Part shown: piece after piece, positions 35,226 through 55,216 of the stretch
Numbering within the stretch: the first letter of the stretch is position 1
How the letters are laid out: each line of letters begins with the position of its first letter
Assembly: GCF_009914755.1 (NCBI RefSeq)
Contig: NC_060933.1
DNA length: 64,000 nt
Reading direction: 5' to 3' (one strand)
Origin: the human T2T-CHM13v2.0 reference genome, Homo sapiens
Notes under the pieces: model-generated
Seen by the model: the letters and a program-made list of their open reading frames with translations, nothing else
Database searches by the model: none
What the model was told of the DNA's origin: nothing
Program-made: the position numbers and the translations under genes

Positions 35226-35273
35226 AGTGTGTGTGTGAGTGTGTGTGTCTGCACACACACACACATGCACACT
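35226..35273. repeat. (TG)n followed by (CA)n microsatellite
   Basis: Direct reading. Confidence 0.9.
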
Positions 35274-35534
35274 TGCATGGAGAGGTGAGAAAGAGCTGCT
35301 GGTGTCTCACAGCCCTGCAGCTCCATGCTGTGTGGGGCTGCAGTTGGCTCAGCGCAGACAGGTTCAGGAGAAGCGATTGTTACATCTTAGCATAGTGTTT
35401 TCAAGGCTCAGCCATGTTGTATCAGAAATTCATTCCATTTGTGGCTGAATATTGTTCCATTTGTATGAATGTAGCACATTTTCTTAATCCATTTGTCTGT
35501 TAGTATAGGCTGGTTGTTTCTACCCCTTCGACTA

Positions 35535-35832
35535 TTTTTTTTTTTTTTTTTTTGAGACAGAGTCACTCTGTCACCCAGGCTGGAGTGCAGTGGCCCAATC
35601 TCGGCTCACTGCAAGCTCTGCCTCCCGGGTTCACACCATTCTCCTGCCTCAGCCTCCTGAGTAACTGGGACTACAGGCACCTGCCACCACACCCAGCTAA
35701 TTTTTTGTATTTTTAGTGGAGACAGGATTTCACAATGTCAGCCAGGATGGTCTCAATCTCCTGACCTCATGATCCCCCCGCCTCGGCCTCCCAAAGTGCT
35801 GGGATTACAGGTGTGAGCCACCGCAACTGGCC
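35535..35832 (-). mobile_element. AluY
   Basis: TSD CCCTT(C/T)GACTATTTT. Confidence 0.92.
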
Positions 35833-36091
35833 CCCTTTGACTATTTTGAATGCTATTGTGAAAATGGCTATACAAGTATCTGCTTGAGGCTCTGCTTTCA
35901 ATTCTTTTGAGGATGTACCTAGAAGTGGAATTGCTGGGTCATGTAGTAATTTTGTTTGGCTTTTTGCAGAATCGCCATGTTTTTTATAGCAGCCGCACCA
36001 TTTTACATTGCCACCAGCAAGGCACAAGGGTTCCAATTTCTCCAAATTCTCATCAGTACTTGTTACTTCCATTTTTAAAATAACTGTCCCA

Positions 36092-36461
<370 letters not shown>

Positions 36462-37289
36462 TCATTACATTTCCCTAATGATCAACTGATATTGAGTATC
36501 TTTTCAGGTGCTTATTTGCCGTTTGTGTTTCTTCTTTGAAGAAAATGTGTGGGAAACTGGATGAAGGGTACTTTTCACAACCTCTGTCTTTACTGGGGTT
36601 TTCTGTTTGTTGATTCATTGCCATAATCCATTCTTTTGCTTATTTAAATAGGGATTTCTTTAACTTTTTGAACTTATTTGTAATAGCTGCTTTGCTTTGA
36701 AGCCTCTGTCTGCTAAATCCAGTATCTGAGGACAATCAGACACAATTTCTATTGAATTCTCTTTTTCCTGAGGATAGGTCTTTGTGTGTCTTATAATGTT
36801 TTATTGAATACTTGACATTTGAGATAATGTATTGAAGCAACTCTGGATTCCAATTCCCCCTCTTGTGCACTATTGTTTTTGTTTTGTTTGTTTGTGAACT
36901 CTGTCTCCTCAGCAATATGTGGCTGCTTTCTTCTTATTTTATGTTTAAGCCCTGCTTCCTAGGTTTTGCCACTGTGACTTCATACATTAGCATTCAGCTA
37001 ATGTAAGCATTAGTCAGACTATGCTTACAGCCAATTAGGCTCCCACACTGTGCTGATGGATCTGCAATTTGGCAGCTGAGCACCTTCTAACCACAGGCCA
37101 CATTCAAGTCTACTCTAGCTGTTAGATTCCACTAGGATCTCTTGCATCTTCTCTGCATAAATAGTCATATTCAGTTGGCCAGAGATGCATGAGTGGCTTC
37201 AGCTCAATCCAATCTTTGTTACAGATGTGCTCATCCTCTGCTCAATGTGGCATATGTGAGAGTTTATCAAGCCCCCTATTGCTGTCTCA

Positions 37290-37670
<381 letters not shown>

Positions 37671-37756
37671 TCACACTTCAGGTTAGCAGAGCTGCTGGAC
37701 ATCCCTGATCACTTGTCAGTGAGATCCAACTTAGCTGACAGTATTTAAATCAAGTT

Positions 37757-38530
<774 letters not shown>

Positions 38531-38628
38531 AAGAAATTTTCATGAATGAACACTTCTCAGTTTTATATACACATTTGGCAAATTTCCAGAGCACTGAAAC
38601 TTTTTTTTAGCTGCCTTGATGGTTTTCT

Positions 38629-38937
38629 TTTTTTTTTCTTTTCTTTTTTTTTTTTTGAGACGGAGTCTCCCTCTGTTGCCCAGGCTGGAGTGCAGTGGCG
38701 CGATCTTGGCTCACTGCAAGCTCCGCCTCCTGGGTTCACGCCATTCTGCTGCCTCAGCCTCCTGAGTAGCTGGTACTACAGGCACCCGCCACCACGCCCG
38801 GCTAATTTTTTGTATTTTTAGTAGAGACAGGGTTTCACCGTGTTAGCTAGGATGGTCTCGATCTCCTGACCTCGTGATCCACCCGCCTTGGCCTCCCAAA
38901 GTGCTGGGATTACAGGCGTGAGCCACTGCGCCCGGCC
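38629..38937 (-). mobile_element. AluY
   Basis: TSD GCCTTGATGGTTTTCT. Confidence 0.92.
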
Positions 38938-39019
38938 GCCTTGATGGTTTTCTACAGATCATAGGTGCTTTGTGGGGAGATTTGTGGATCTGCTAACTTC
39001 ATCATGTCAAACTCCAAAT

Positions 39020-39148
39020 AGTATTTTTTTGTACAGACAGGGTTTCACCATGTTGCCCAGACTCCTGGGCTCAAGGGATCCCCCCACCTTGGTCTTCCAA
39101 AGTGCTGGGACTACAGGGGTGAACTCCACGCTCCCCACCAGCCCAGCC
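39020..39148 (-). mobile_element. FLAM/Alu monomer
   Basis: Left-arm sequence only. Confidence 0.7.
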
Positions 39149-39166
39149 AATTAAACTTCATTCCAT

Positions 39167-39663
<497 letters not shown>

Positions 39664-39794
39664 TCAACATCACAAGTAATTAGGAAAAGCAAATTAAAGC
39701 CACCATGCAATACCAATACACACCAATCAGAATGGTTAAAATTAAGACTGATAATTCCAAATGCTGATAAACATGCTTAGCAAGTGGAACCTTC

Positions 39795-39965
39795 ATAAAT
39801 TGCTGATTGGAGTACAAAAAGGTACATTCTCTTTATTTATTTTGAGAGAAATCCTTGTGATAAATTGCTGATTGGAGTATAAAAAGGTACATTCTCTTTA
39901 TTTATTTTGAGAGAAATCCTTGTGATAAATTGCTGATTGGAGTATAAAAAGGTACATTCTCTTTA
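39795..39965. repeat. 65-bp tandem repeat x2.6
   Basis: Units start 39795, 39860, 39925; one mismatch. Confidence 0.92.
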
Positions 39966-40312
39966 CATATCAGTTTGGCAGTTTCTCAAAGGGCTAAATA
40001 TAAACTTAGCATAAGACTCAGCAATTTTACCTCTATGATTCTACCCAAGAGATATGAAAACACATGTCCATATAAAGATTGGTATGAGAATGTTCATAAC
40101 AGCATTATTCGAAATAGCCAAAATGTGAACAAATCCAAATGCTTATTAACTACAGAATGGATAAACAAAATGTGGTATGTATGTTCCTATATAGGAGTAC
40201 TTTGGCAAAAAAAAAAAAAAAGAAAAGAAATTAAATACCGATCATTCCACAATATGTAAAAAACCTAAAAAACATTATGACATGGAAGAAGAAAAGACCA
40301 TCTCTTTCATAA

Positions 40313-40658
<346 letters not shown>

Positions 40659-40671
40659 GTAAAAATTGTAA

Positions 40672-41530
<859 letters not shown>

Positions 41531-41667
41531 CTAAGGCAGAGCTTACGCCACCTGGCTGAGTGGCAAAGGCATTCCCTAGTGCACATATAAAGCCTCCTGG
41601 CAAAGACTTGGAGACTTACTGGTTCCAGGCATTTACAGAACAATCTGTCAAATCATTACTTGACCAC

Positions 41668-42102
41668 TGTGATGGTTAGTTTTGTGTGTCAACTTGGCTA
41701 GGTTATAGTACCCAGTTATTCAATCAAACACTAATTTAGGTGTTGCTGTGATGGTACTTTGTAGATATGGTTAATACCTACAACCAGTTGACATTAAGTA
41801 AAGGAGATTATCCTGCATACTGTGGGTGAGTGTCATCTAACCAACTGAAAGGTCTTAAAAGCAAAATTTGTTTCCGTGAAGAAGAAATTCTGCTATAAGA
41901 CCACAGCATCAACTCTTGCCCAAGATTTTCCAGGCTGCCCTACAAAATTCAGCCTAAGTCAGTAGCAAAAGCCAATTCTATGAAGTAAATATCTTTATCT
42001 ATCTTTTTATCTATCTGTCTGTCTATCTGTCTACCGTCTACTTATTTACCTATCTTATCTATCCTACCGGTTCTCTTTCTCTGGAGAATTCTGACTGATA
42101 TA
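41668..42102 (+). mobile_element. MLT2 LTR (5' LTR of ERV-L)
   Basis: TGTGATGGTTAGTTTTGTGTGTCAACTTGGCTAGG start; TCTA-rich tract; CTCTGGAGAATTCTGACTGATATA end. Confidence 0.85.
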
Positions 42103-42166
42103 GATTTTGGTACCAAGAGTGTATCTAGAGGTATCTAGAGGAACAGAATATTAAGGATGAGCTTTC

Positions 42167-42478
<312 letters not shown>

Positions 42479-42718
42479 TAAGGATGAGCTTTCTTAATTA
42501 GCTCTAGGGTTTCTGGAATTGGTTCTCAATTTGATTATATTTGAAGACACTGATGACTCTATTTCTGGCAGTAAAGACAACACTGATAATCCATGGCATG
42601 ATCTGGCAATACATATATAAAAATATCACCCTTTGATACTCCTAATCAAATATTTATTGGAGGTAAGTTTCTGGGTGACCATGTATTTTATATCTTGGAA
42701 CATTTTAGTCAGACTAAC

Positions 42719-43077
42719 TGCTGCAATTTGATGTATCCCCTATTGTTCATGATTGGAAACTTGATCCCCAATCTGGCATTGTCAGGAGGTAGGGTCTAAT
42801 GAGAGGTGATTAGGCCATGAGGGCAAAGTGAATGAATTAATGCTGTTATCCCAGGGGAGGATTTGTTGTAAAAGAGGGAGTTCAGCTGTCATTTATTCTC
42901 TCTCTTCCTCTTCTGCTTTCTGCCATGAAAAGATGATGCAGCAAGAAGGTCCTTGTCAGATGCCAACTGCTAGATCTGGAACTTCCCAGCTCAGAACCAT
43001 GAGCCAATACATTTCTGTTATTATAAATTACTCAGTCTCAGGTATTACATTATAGCAGCACAAAATGGACAAAAACA
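42719..43077 (+). mobile_element. MaLR LTR (MST/MLT1A-like) inside ERV-L
   Basis: TG..ACA ends; 5-bp TSD CTAAC/CTAGC. Confidence 0.75.
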
Positions 43078-43389
43078 CTAGCAAATATAATGACATTGGC
43101 TGGTTGCTCCTAATTGCATGGGAAAAGTGGGGAAACAGATAAAGGACCCTAGGGATCTGAATTCCCAACTCAAGCTCTGTATAAATGACCTGAAAGCTTC
43201 AATGTCTGCTCTGGCAAAAACCCTTATCTTCGGTAGCCACAGAGATGAGATTGCTAAGAGTCAAACCCAGAGTCTCATCCTATAATCAGCTGAGTTACAA
43301 AGCAAACTGATTTTCCAATCCTCCATGGTGTCTGATGCTAAAGTGAAAACATTGATTGGGAAGGAATGGGATCCTGAAAATTGAGATGG

Positions 43390-43820
43390 TGCTATGGTTT
43401 GGATGTTTGTCCCTTCCAAATCTCATGATAAAATTTGACCAAAATGTTGGAAGTGGGGCCTAATGGGAGGTGTTTGGGTCATGGGGGTGAATGTCTCATG
43501 AATAGAGTAATGCCCTCCCTTGTGGGTGAGTGAGTTCTCTCTCTATTAGTTCCTGCAAGAGCTGGTTGTTAAAAAGAGACTGAAACCCCTTTGTCCTCTC
43601 TTTCCTCTTCTTTTGCCATGTGGTGTCTGCACTCATGGGCTTCCCTTTGCCTTCTGCTATGAGTGGAAGAAGCCTGAGCAGCCTGAGACCCATTGGCAGA
43701 AGATGATGCCAAATCTTGAACTTTCCAACCATCAGAACTATGAGCCAAATAAACCTTTTTTCTTTATAAATTACCTAGCTTCAGGTATTCCTTTATAGCA
43801 ACACTAAATGTTCTAAGACA
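43390..43820 (+). mobile_element. MaLR LTR (MSTB-like) inside ERV-L gag
   Basis: TGCTATGGTTTGGATGTTTGTCCC..CTAAGACA; TSD GATGG. Confidence 0.85.
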
Positions 43821-45957
43821 GATGGAGACACATGGGGAGATCTGGATGAAGCTGGGAACATTAAATTTCTAAATTCAGATGTGTTTTCTTTGCCAGTAGA
43901 AGCTGTTCCACCCACATCTGAGGAGATTAATTCTGCTTTGTTTGAGGAAACTGTAATGGCTCCCTGAGAAAATTGTCTTACAAAACATTGCTAATTTTCC
44001 TCAGGACCCACTCATCCACCCATCACCACCTGTCTTTGCATCTATACCGACAACTAGAATTACTCTAAGCAGGCCTTGAAAGATGAGGCACAAAGTATGA
44101 CCCACAAGGAGATGCGTTACACTTCAAACGAACTGCATGATTTTTCCAGTTTATACAGATAGAAATATGGAGAATATGTATTGTCACAAAGCAGAGATTC
44201 TAGACTCAGTGTTGTGGCTCAGATGGATGGAAAGAACTCTAACTGTTTGGTTGGTTAGTTGGCTGAAACATGAACCAAAAGGTGGCCTGCACTAAATGAA
44301 GTTGAAGTGTCAGAACTGCCTTGGTGTATTCTAGTAGAAGGTATCCAGAGGCTTAGGGAGACTGGAATGGTAGAGTGGATTTCTTATGCAAGACTGGCTT
44401 CTCTGCCCCTGGTGGGTTCAGAGAACATACCTTTCACCATGATTGTGAGAAATAAATTTGTGAGGGAGTCCCGGCATCTTTGAAAACCTGTGTGGTTGCT
44501 TTTATCTGTAGGTAAAAATTACAGTGAGAACTGCTGCCACTGAGTTGGGAAACCTAAATCCACTTAGGTAATTGGATCCCAAGGTGGCAGAAGCCAAGGG
44601 GAGGCACTTAATTGCCAAAGGCAAGGTGGGTGGGGTTGCTATAATGAACAGCAGAATCAAAGCAGCAATCAGAATAGTCTGACTCACTCAGACCTATGAA
44701 GTTGACTAGTTGATGATTGTGTTGCTAGAGGTGAAACAGACAGGAAGCCTACTACATTCTTATTTGATCTGCGTAAGCAAAAGAGTTCTAGGTCAGGTAA
44801 ATGGAAGTCTAACTTGAATTACCAGAGCAGAGTCATGGTCCCTCAACTAATGCCCAGACTCTGAACCCTTTGAATGGAGAATCCAGGTCACCTTGAAGAA
44901 GGACTGTGCTACATTGTCAAAAATTTAAAATGGTTTATCTTTCTTACAGCCTTCCCTAAAGGGACCCACAGCTTTTCATCAGGGTGACTGCATTATGGGA
45001 AGGGAAATAATCAGACTTTTTGGGGATTGCTGGGCACTAGCTCTGACGTGACATGAATTCCAGGGGAACTAAAATGTCACTGTCACCCATTAGTCTGAGC
45101 AGAGTTTTATGGAGGTTAGGTGATCAATGGAGTTTTGGCTCAGGTCCTTCTCATAGTGGGTCCAGCGGGCCACTGAACTCATCCTGTGGTTATTTCTCCA
45201 GTTCTAGTATGCATAACATTGGAATAGACATGCACAGCAACTGGCAGATTTCCCATATTGATTCTCTCACCTGTGGAGTGAGGGCCACTATGGTGGGAAA
45301 GGCCAGGTGGAAGTCACTAGAATTATCTCTAACTAGGAAAATAGTAAGCCAAAAGTGTACTGTATCCCTGGAGGGATTGCAGAGATTAATGCCACCACTA
45401 AGGACTTGAAAGATGCAGGGTTAGTGATTCCCCTATCATCCCCCATTCAAATCACTTCTTTGGCCACTGTAGAAGACAGATGGGGCTTGAAGAATGACAG
45501 TGGATTATCTTAAGTTTAACTGGTTATTAACTCTAATTGCAGCTGTTGTTCCGACGTGTTTTTGTTGCTTGAGCAAATTAACACAACCCCTGGTACTTGG
45601 TAGGCAGCTATTGATCTGTCAAATGTGTGTTTTTTCCCTCAATAGCTGCTCACAAAGACCACCAGAAGCAGTTTGTTTTCAGTTGGCAAGGCCAGAAATA
45701 CACCTTCACTATGCTACCTCAGGGCATATTACCTCTCCAGCTCTATGTCCCTCTCTGCTTCTGGTGACGCCTGCCTAGGTCTAAGGGGTCTTGTGCAGAA
45801 AGTCTCTAATGGTCATCACTGGGACAGCTTTTCCATACTCTTCTATCATGTGGCCTTGTCTTCCACCCTAAGGGATCTTGGTACATTGTGGGCAGGGCTC
45901 TGCTGACAGTAATGTTTTGATAACCAAATGGTACTTATGACTTAGGACAATTGCTAT

Positions 45958-46230
45958 TGTTACAGAAACGCCAGGGTTCAGTCTAGGTCCTGTTGCTCAC
46001 CACACAGGAAGCCAACCACTGAGACAAGTATTGCCAAGGAAGAAGGCTTTAATTGGGTGCTGCAGCCGAGTAGATGGGCACTCAGTCTCAAATCCATCTT
46101 CCTGACTGACTAAAACCAGGGGTTTATATAGCAGGCAAGAAATGTAACAATGTGTAAGAAAACAGAAACTTGGGAAGGGCCAGGAAGTGATCATGGTGAA
46201 TGAGGCCTCCCTCATCTGGTGTCCCTCACA
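45958..46230 (-). mobile_element. ERV1-class LTR 3' fragment
   Basis: Minus strand ends TAACA with ATTAAA and TATATAAA upstream; family not assigned. Confidence 0.55.
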
Positions 46231-46231
46231 C

Positions 46232-46500
46232 TCCCAGGCTGGAGTACAGTGGCACGACCCCGGCTCACTGCGACCTCTACCTCCTAGGCTCAAGCAATTG
46301 TCCTGCCTCAGCTCCTGAGCAGCTGGGACTATGGGCGCATGCAACCACACCTGGCTAATTTTTTTTATTTTTTTATTTTTAGTAGAGACAGGGTTTCACC
46401 ATGTTGGTCAGGCTGGTTTTGAACTCCTAACCTCAAGTGATCCGCCTACCTCAGCCTCTTAAAGTGTTGGGATTACAGGCGTGAGCCACAGTGCCCGGCC
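46232..46500 (-). mobile_element. Alu, tail missing
   Basis: Dimer sequence. Confidence 0.85.
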
Positions 46501-46710
46501 TATGACCATTTAACAAGCGCAAACTATAACAGAAAGCCTGGGATGGAATGCCAGGGGGCTTTCTAATTTACTTTTATGTAATTCCATGGTGATTAGAGAA
46601 TACATTTTGTATGATTTAAATTATTTTAAATTTATTAAAACTTGTTTTATGGCTCAGAATATGGTCTATTTTGGTAAATGTTCCATGGTCACTTAAAAAT
46701 AATGCATTCT

Positions 46711-47314
<604 letters not shown>

Positions 47315-47551
47315 GCATTCCTACTGCTGTTGGGCGGGGTATTTCATTAATGTTAATTAGATCAAGTTGATTGATAATATCATTCAAGTCTTCTATGTCC
47401 TTGCTGATTTTTTTCTATCTATTCATTCTTTTAATTGTTGAGAGAGGGATGTTGGAATCTCTGATTATTATTGTGGATTTTTCTATTTCTCCTTGCAGAT
47501 TTCAAATGATATCATTTTCATCTGCCTGAAGGACTTTTTAAAAAAATTTCT

Positions 47552-47998
<447 letters not shown>

Positions 47999-48156
47999 TT
48001 ATTTTAAATAATATTTTAGTTGCTTATTGAAGGTTGATTGAAGGTTGATAACCCCATCCTTAGCCCCCAGTACATCAAAGATGTTGCTGCACTCTCTTCT
48101 GTCTTGCATTGTTTCTGAGGAAAAATTTGCTGTTTCTTATTTTTGTTGTTCTGTAA

Positions 48157-48623
<467 letters not shown>

Positions 48624-48640
48624 TGAGCTTCTTGGTTGAG

Positions 48641-48818
48641 CAGGGTTTCTCAACCTCAGCCCTATGGGGCCTGGGGAGACTGTCCTGTGCACTATAGGAA
48701 ATTTAGTTGCATTCCTGGTCTCTGCCTACAAAAGGCGGGTAGTTGTGACAACCAAAAATGACTCTGGACATTGCCAAATGTTCTCAGGGGGAAAATAACC
48801 CCCAGTTGAGAACCACTG
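48641..48818. mobile_element. MER20 (hAT) DNA transposon, internally deleted
   Basis: TIRs CAGGGTTTCTCAAC / GTTGAGAACCACTG; GACAACCAAAAATG..GACATTGCCAAATGT. Confidence 0.75.
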
Positions 48819-49450
48819 GTTTAGAGTTTTTTAGATCAGGTTTGGAAAATTTGGGGCTGTTTCTTCAATAATGTTCCCTTTCTCTATTCTCTCTTGCAGG
48901 AGTTCCAACTACATGTGCATTAGTCTGATTGAATTTGTCTAACGACTCACTGATGCTCCATTAATTTTCTTAAGTCTTTTTAGTGTTTCATTTTAGACAG
49001 TTTCTATTACTATTTCTTCAAATTCACCAGTCTTTTCTTCTGCATTGTCTAATCTTCTGTTAATCCTATCTAGTGTATTTTTCAGCTCAGACATAATGTT
49101 TTCACCTCAAATAGTTTGATGTGGATCTTTTTAAAATTTCCTATATTCCTGCTAACATGTTTGATTTTTGTTGAACATATGGAATACAGTTATGATAATT
49201 ATTTCAGTGTCTTTATCTGCTAATTCCAATATCTGGGTCATTTCTGGGTCTATTTATATTAATAGATGTTTCTTCTCATTATGAGTCTTAGTTTCCTATT
49301 CCTTTGTGTGCCAAACATCATGGATTTTGCCTTGCTGGTGCTGGTTCCTTTTGAATTCCTATGAATATTATTGAACAGTGTTCAAGGATGCAGTTAAGTT
49401 ACTTGTAAACAGCTTGATCTTCCCAACTGTTATGCTCTTAAGCTATGTAA

Positions 49451-49935
<485 letters not shown>

Positions 49936-50476
49936 CTCTCTGCTTCTTTCTGGTGGGTCTTTCCCCAGCCTCAGGTGGTTTCCCTCATACTAAGTACACT
50001 GCTTAGCACTCAGCTGAGGACTCAAAAGGGACCCTCTGAAATCGTTCAGAGCTTTCTCTTCATCTGCACAGCTTTCTCCTCTTAGGTACCCTGCCCTGGG
50101 AACTCTCTCTCCTTGGCCTCCCCAGGCTCCCAACTCCCTGTTCTCAATGCCAGCGGACCACCAGCTCTCCCTAGAGTCTCTTCCTGGACCCGCACCCTGA
50201 ATACTGTCTCCAGGCCATGAGCTGGGGGCAGTTGTAAGTCTCCCCTCCCAGGACACTGTTCACCACCCTCCAAGGGCCAGTGTCGGAAAAGAATTGTTTC
50301 ATAGGCTTCATCTGTTTCTGTTTATTTGTTACAGGCTTAAAGGCAAATCTGATCCCTGTTATTCCATATTGAAAGCATAAAATCATTCTTTAAATGCTTA
50401 ATTTTCATGTTAACTTTAATTTTTATATCTTTTTAAAAAAGTGTTTTCTGTTTCTATTTTTAAAATGTCTATAGAG

Positions 50477-50833
<357 letters not shown>

Positions 50834-51027
50834 TTACAGTTTAAAAAATCTGGCAGCTTTAACATTTTTGTTTAAATGCTTAAAAACAGCAAGAAGGGAG
50901 TATCTAATTAGGATTTGATGTATCTTAGTATAGGAAATAAATTGTGAGTATTCTTAGGTTGTACAGTTATCTTTCTACAGATTAATATGTCCCATTTTCA
51001 ACACATAATGTTTATAAAAGAATTATA

Positions 51028-51452
<425 letters not shown>

Positions 51453-52269
51453 TCATGTAATGCACATATGGCTGACCTCACAGAAGTGGCTGACACATTA
51501 CAGATGGCTTTGAAGTGGATCATGGTGGGGAAAAGTAAGACTTCATGCTGTATTATTTTAAAAGTCCATATAGTATGCTCACTTTTAAGCTAAAATAAAA
51601 TGTAATGTTTTTGTGTGGGTGTTAATATGTGTAGCTGAAATATGATCTATTTTTGAAGACCACAGATATTTACAAAGAAAAACTAAAAGGAGCAGTCTTT
51701 GTACCATTTTAGGATGGTAGGTAGTGCTCTCTCTGTCTACCAGTGACAAGATTTTAAAATCATTTTTAGATTTTATGAGTTAACTTTCCTGTCTAGATTT
51801 TGGAAAGTAGAGAGAAAGTGAAGCTTCTAGATGGAAAGAAGCTGTCAAGTGGGCCACTTGCTGAATACTGAAAACAATGAGAAGGTACCATGTGGGCTAA
51901 TACAAAATTCAATTCAGACACTGAACATATTAATAGGAAATTTTAGCAGAACTTGTGAGAAAGACAGTGTCTAAGTTGAAAGCTTGCCTAGTCTTTTCAT
52001 TAAGGCCACTGAATGGCCTTAATGTTTTAAGTAGAAACGGGAGGATCCCTCACCTTCACTACATGTCATTCCATCTCCCAAAATTCAGATGTAAGACAAC
52101 TTTAGGAGTTTACGTTTTTCCTATTAAGTAATGAAGTAAACTGTTAAGAGTTAAAGTCATCTTAGAATTTAGGTTTCATACTGGACTTTGCTCTCTTCCC
52201 TTCTCAGTCCCAGCCAGTCGAATTTGGTCTTCTGTGGTCAACCCAAACCTAGGTCAGATGGTGTAAACA

Positions 52270-53130
<861 letters not shown>

Positions 53131-55067
53131 CTCCACATCATCATTAAGGCCCTACTCTCACGATCTCAATGGTTGATGGGTTGATGTAATTAAGGTGAAA
53201 ATATGGAAGAAAATAGGAATTTTGAATGGACTTTATGTGAAGTGGTTGCACCTCCTTTACCTGAATGTGTTAACAGGATGGGTATTATGTCCGACTGGGG
53301 AACAGGTCTGTATCTAGTATTGTGAAGCAGAAGGCACGGACGTTTGCCCTTTGGCCCATATTAATTGGACACGCTAAATGGGAACCCACGGGCCTGAGCC
53401 CAGACAGGTTGTTAATTTGAAAAAGTGTAAAATGCTTGGTGGGCAAAGAGACTTTCACTTTAATAACCTGTTGGAGGCTGGAATCCTGGTACTGTGGTCT
53501 CTGTGCAATAACATTATGCATGAGTGCCACCCAGTGGTGACCACTGGGATTTTGGACCAGGAAATCCCCAGACCTGGTAGGTAGTAGCTTGCGATTGGGC
53601 ATTAATTGAAACTGCCCCTAAGACTGAAGGACATACTCTCATCTTAAAGCCTGAAATACACATGTTGTCTTGGGGGATGGCAGAGATACAGTTCAATAAG
53701 GAAGGCACTGCTCAGAAGAGTTCCATAATAAAACGGAAATGGTTTCTACAGGAGCATGATACAGAGGAATGCAAGGAGGGCTTTTCCCCTCTGGCCGGTT
53801 TCGGAACCAGCTGAGGATCTGCCAGGTCTATGGCATCATGGATGGTGCCCCATGAACAGCTCTCAATGGACAACAAAGAGCTATTTGGTTTGTGGTTGGC
53901 AGTTTCAAGGTGGATGGACAACATCCAGATCTGAAGGCCACCACATCATGAGCAATAATGGGAAAACTCATATTGAAAAAGGCAAGAACAAATCAGCCCA
54001 GCTAGATGAACTGCATGCTGCGTTTCTTGCTGCGATGAAAGAATGGAACAATCATAAGAGCTCGTGTTTGGGTTTTTACTGACTCATGGGCAGTGGCCAA
54101 TGGCCTGGCCATGTGACCAGGCAGAGGGGCAATGGCAAACTGGGCTGTGAAGGGATGCCAACATGGAGCACAGCACTGCAGGAATTTAAGGGGCACATTA
54201 AAGTAGGTCATATCAATGCCCACCTGAAGAATCTCTCCCAGGATCTGTGATCAGATCCGGTAGGTGGATATCCTGGTGAACAAACTTGAGGTGGCCACCT
54301 AGGTTCAACAAAGGAGTGGGTGACAGTGCAGGGATGGGCTGCTCAGAAACATGTCCCTCCTGCACCCTCAGAGACACAAATGCCAACAAGAAATGCCTTG
54401 ACAACAAGAAGATGGAGACCACAGGTGGCTAAGGGGCAGATTCCCCAGAGGGAGAAGACCGCACATGCAGCTGGCAGGTGGACTGTACGGGACCCCTGCT
54501 GGTAGCCCTGGAGGGAGTTTATAAATGGGTTCTGGCAGGAATAGACACTTACTCTGGACTGAGCTTTACCTACCCAGTGGCAGATGCAAATGCTCAAGAT
54601 ACTATAAAAGTACTGAGCAGAAGTCACTGTATCAATGTGTGTCACTAAGTTACATACCTTCGGACCAAGGAACACACTTTACAACCTACACAGGGCAAGG
54701 AGACATCCCATCAAATGGGTATATCATGCTGCACATTATCCTCAGAGTAGTTTGTGAGAGAATTGAAATGGGCAATGGAAATGTTTGTTATCTTACATGG
54801 GGAGAGATAAAAGCGTGAAGGCTTACACACCTCCATGCATGTGTGCTCACACTTAACATGTGGTGGTCAAGGAGGATCCCCACTAGATAGATCCCTCCAC
54901 TCTTGGGGTGATCTGGGGAAGATGGCCGGGAAGGATGCTGCTACGACTATGCAGTTCTTCACAACAGCACCTCAACTTTCTTGTCTCCTACCTGCTGAAA
55001 AGAGCCTGAGATCAGGCCCACAGCTGCAAGTGTTGGAAGCATCTGCCACTGGGTAGGTAAAGCTCAC

Positions 55068-55216
55068 ACTACCACACCTAGCTAATTTTTGTATTTTTAG
55101 TAGAGACAGGGTTTCACCATGTTGGTCAGACTGGTCTCGAACTCCTGATCTTGTGATCTGCCGGCCTTGGCCTCCCAAAGTGCTGGGATTACAGGCATGA
55201 GCCACCGCACCCGGCC
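55068..55216 (-). mobile_element. Alu left arm
   Basis: Monomer sequence. Confidence 0.85.

Noticed and set aside
39795-39965. Repeat-spacer pattern resembling CRISPR
   Set aside because: Spacers are identical, so it is a plain tandem repeat in eukaryotic DNA
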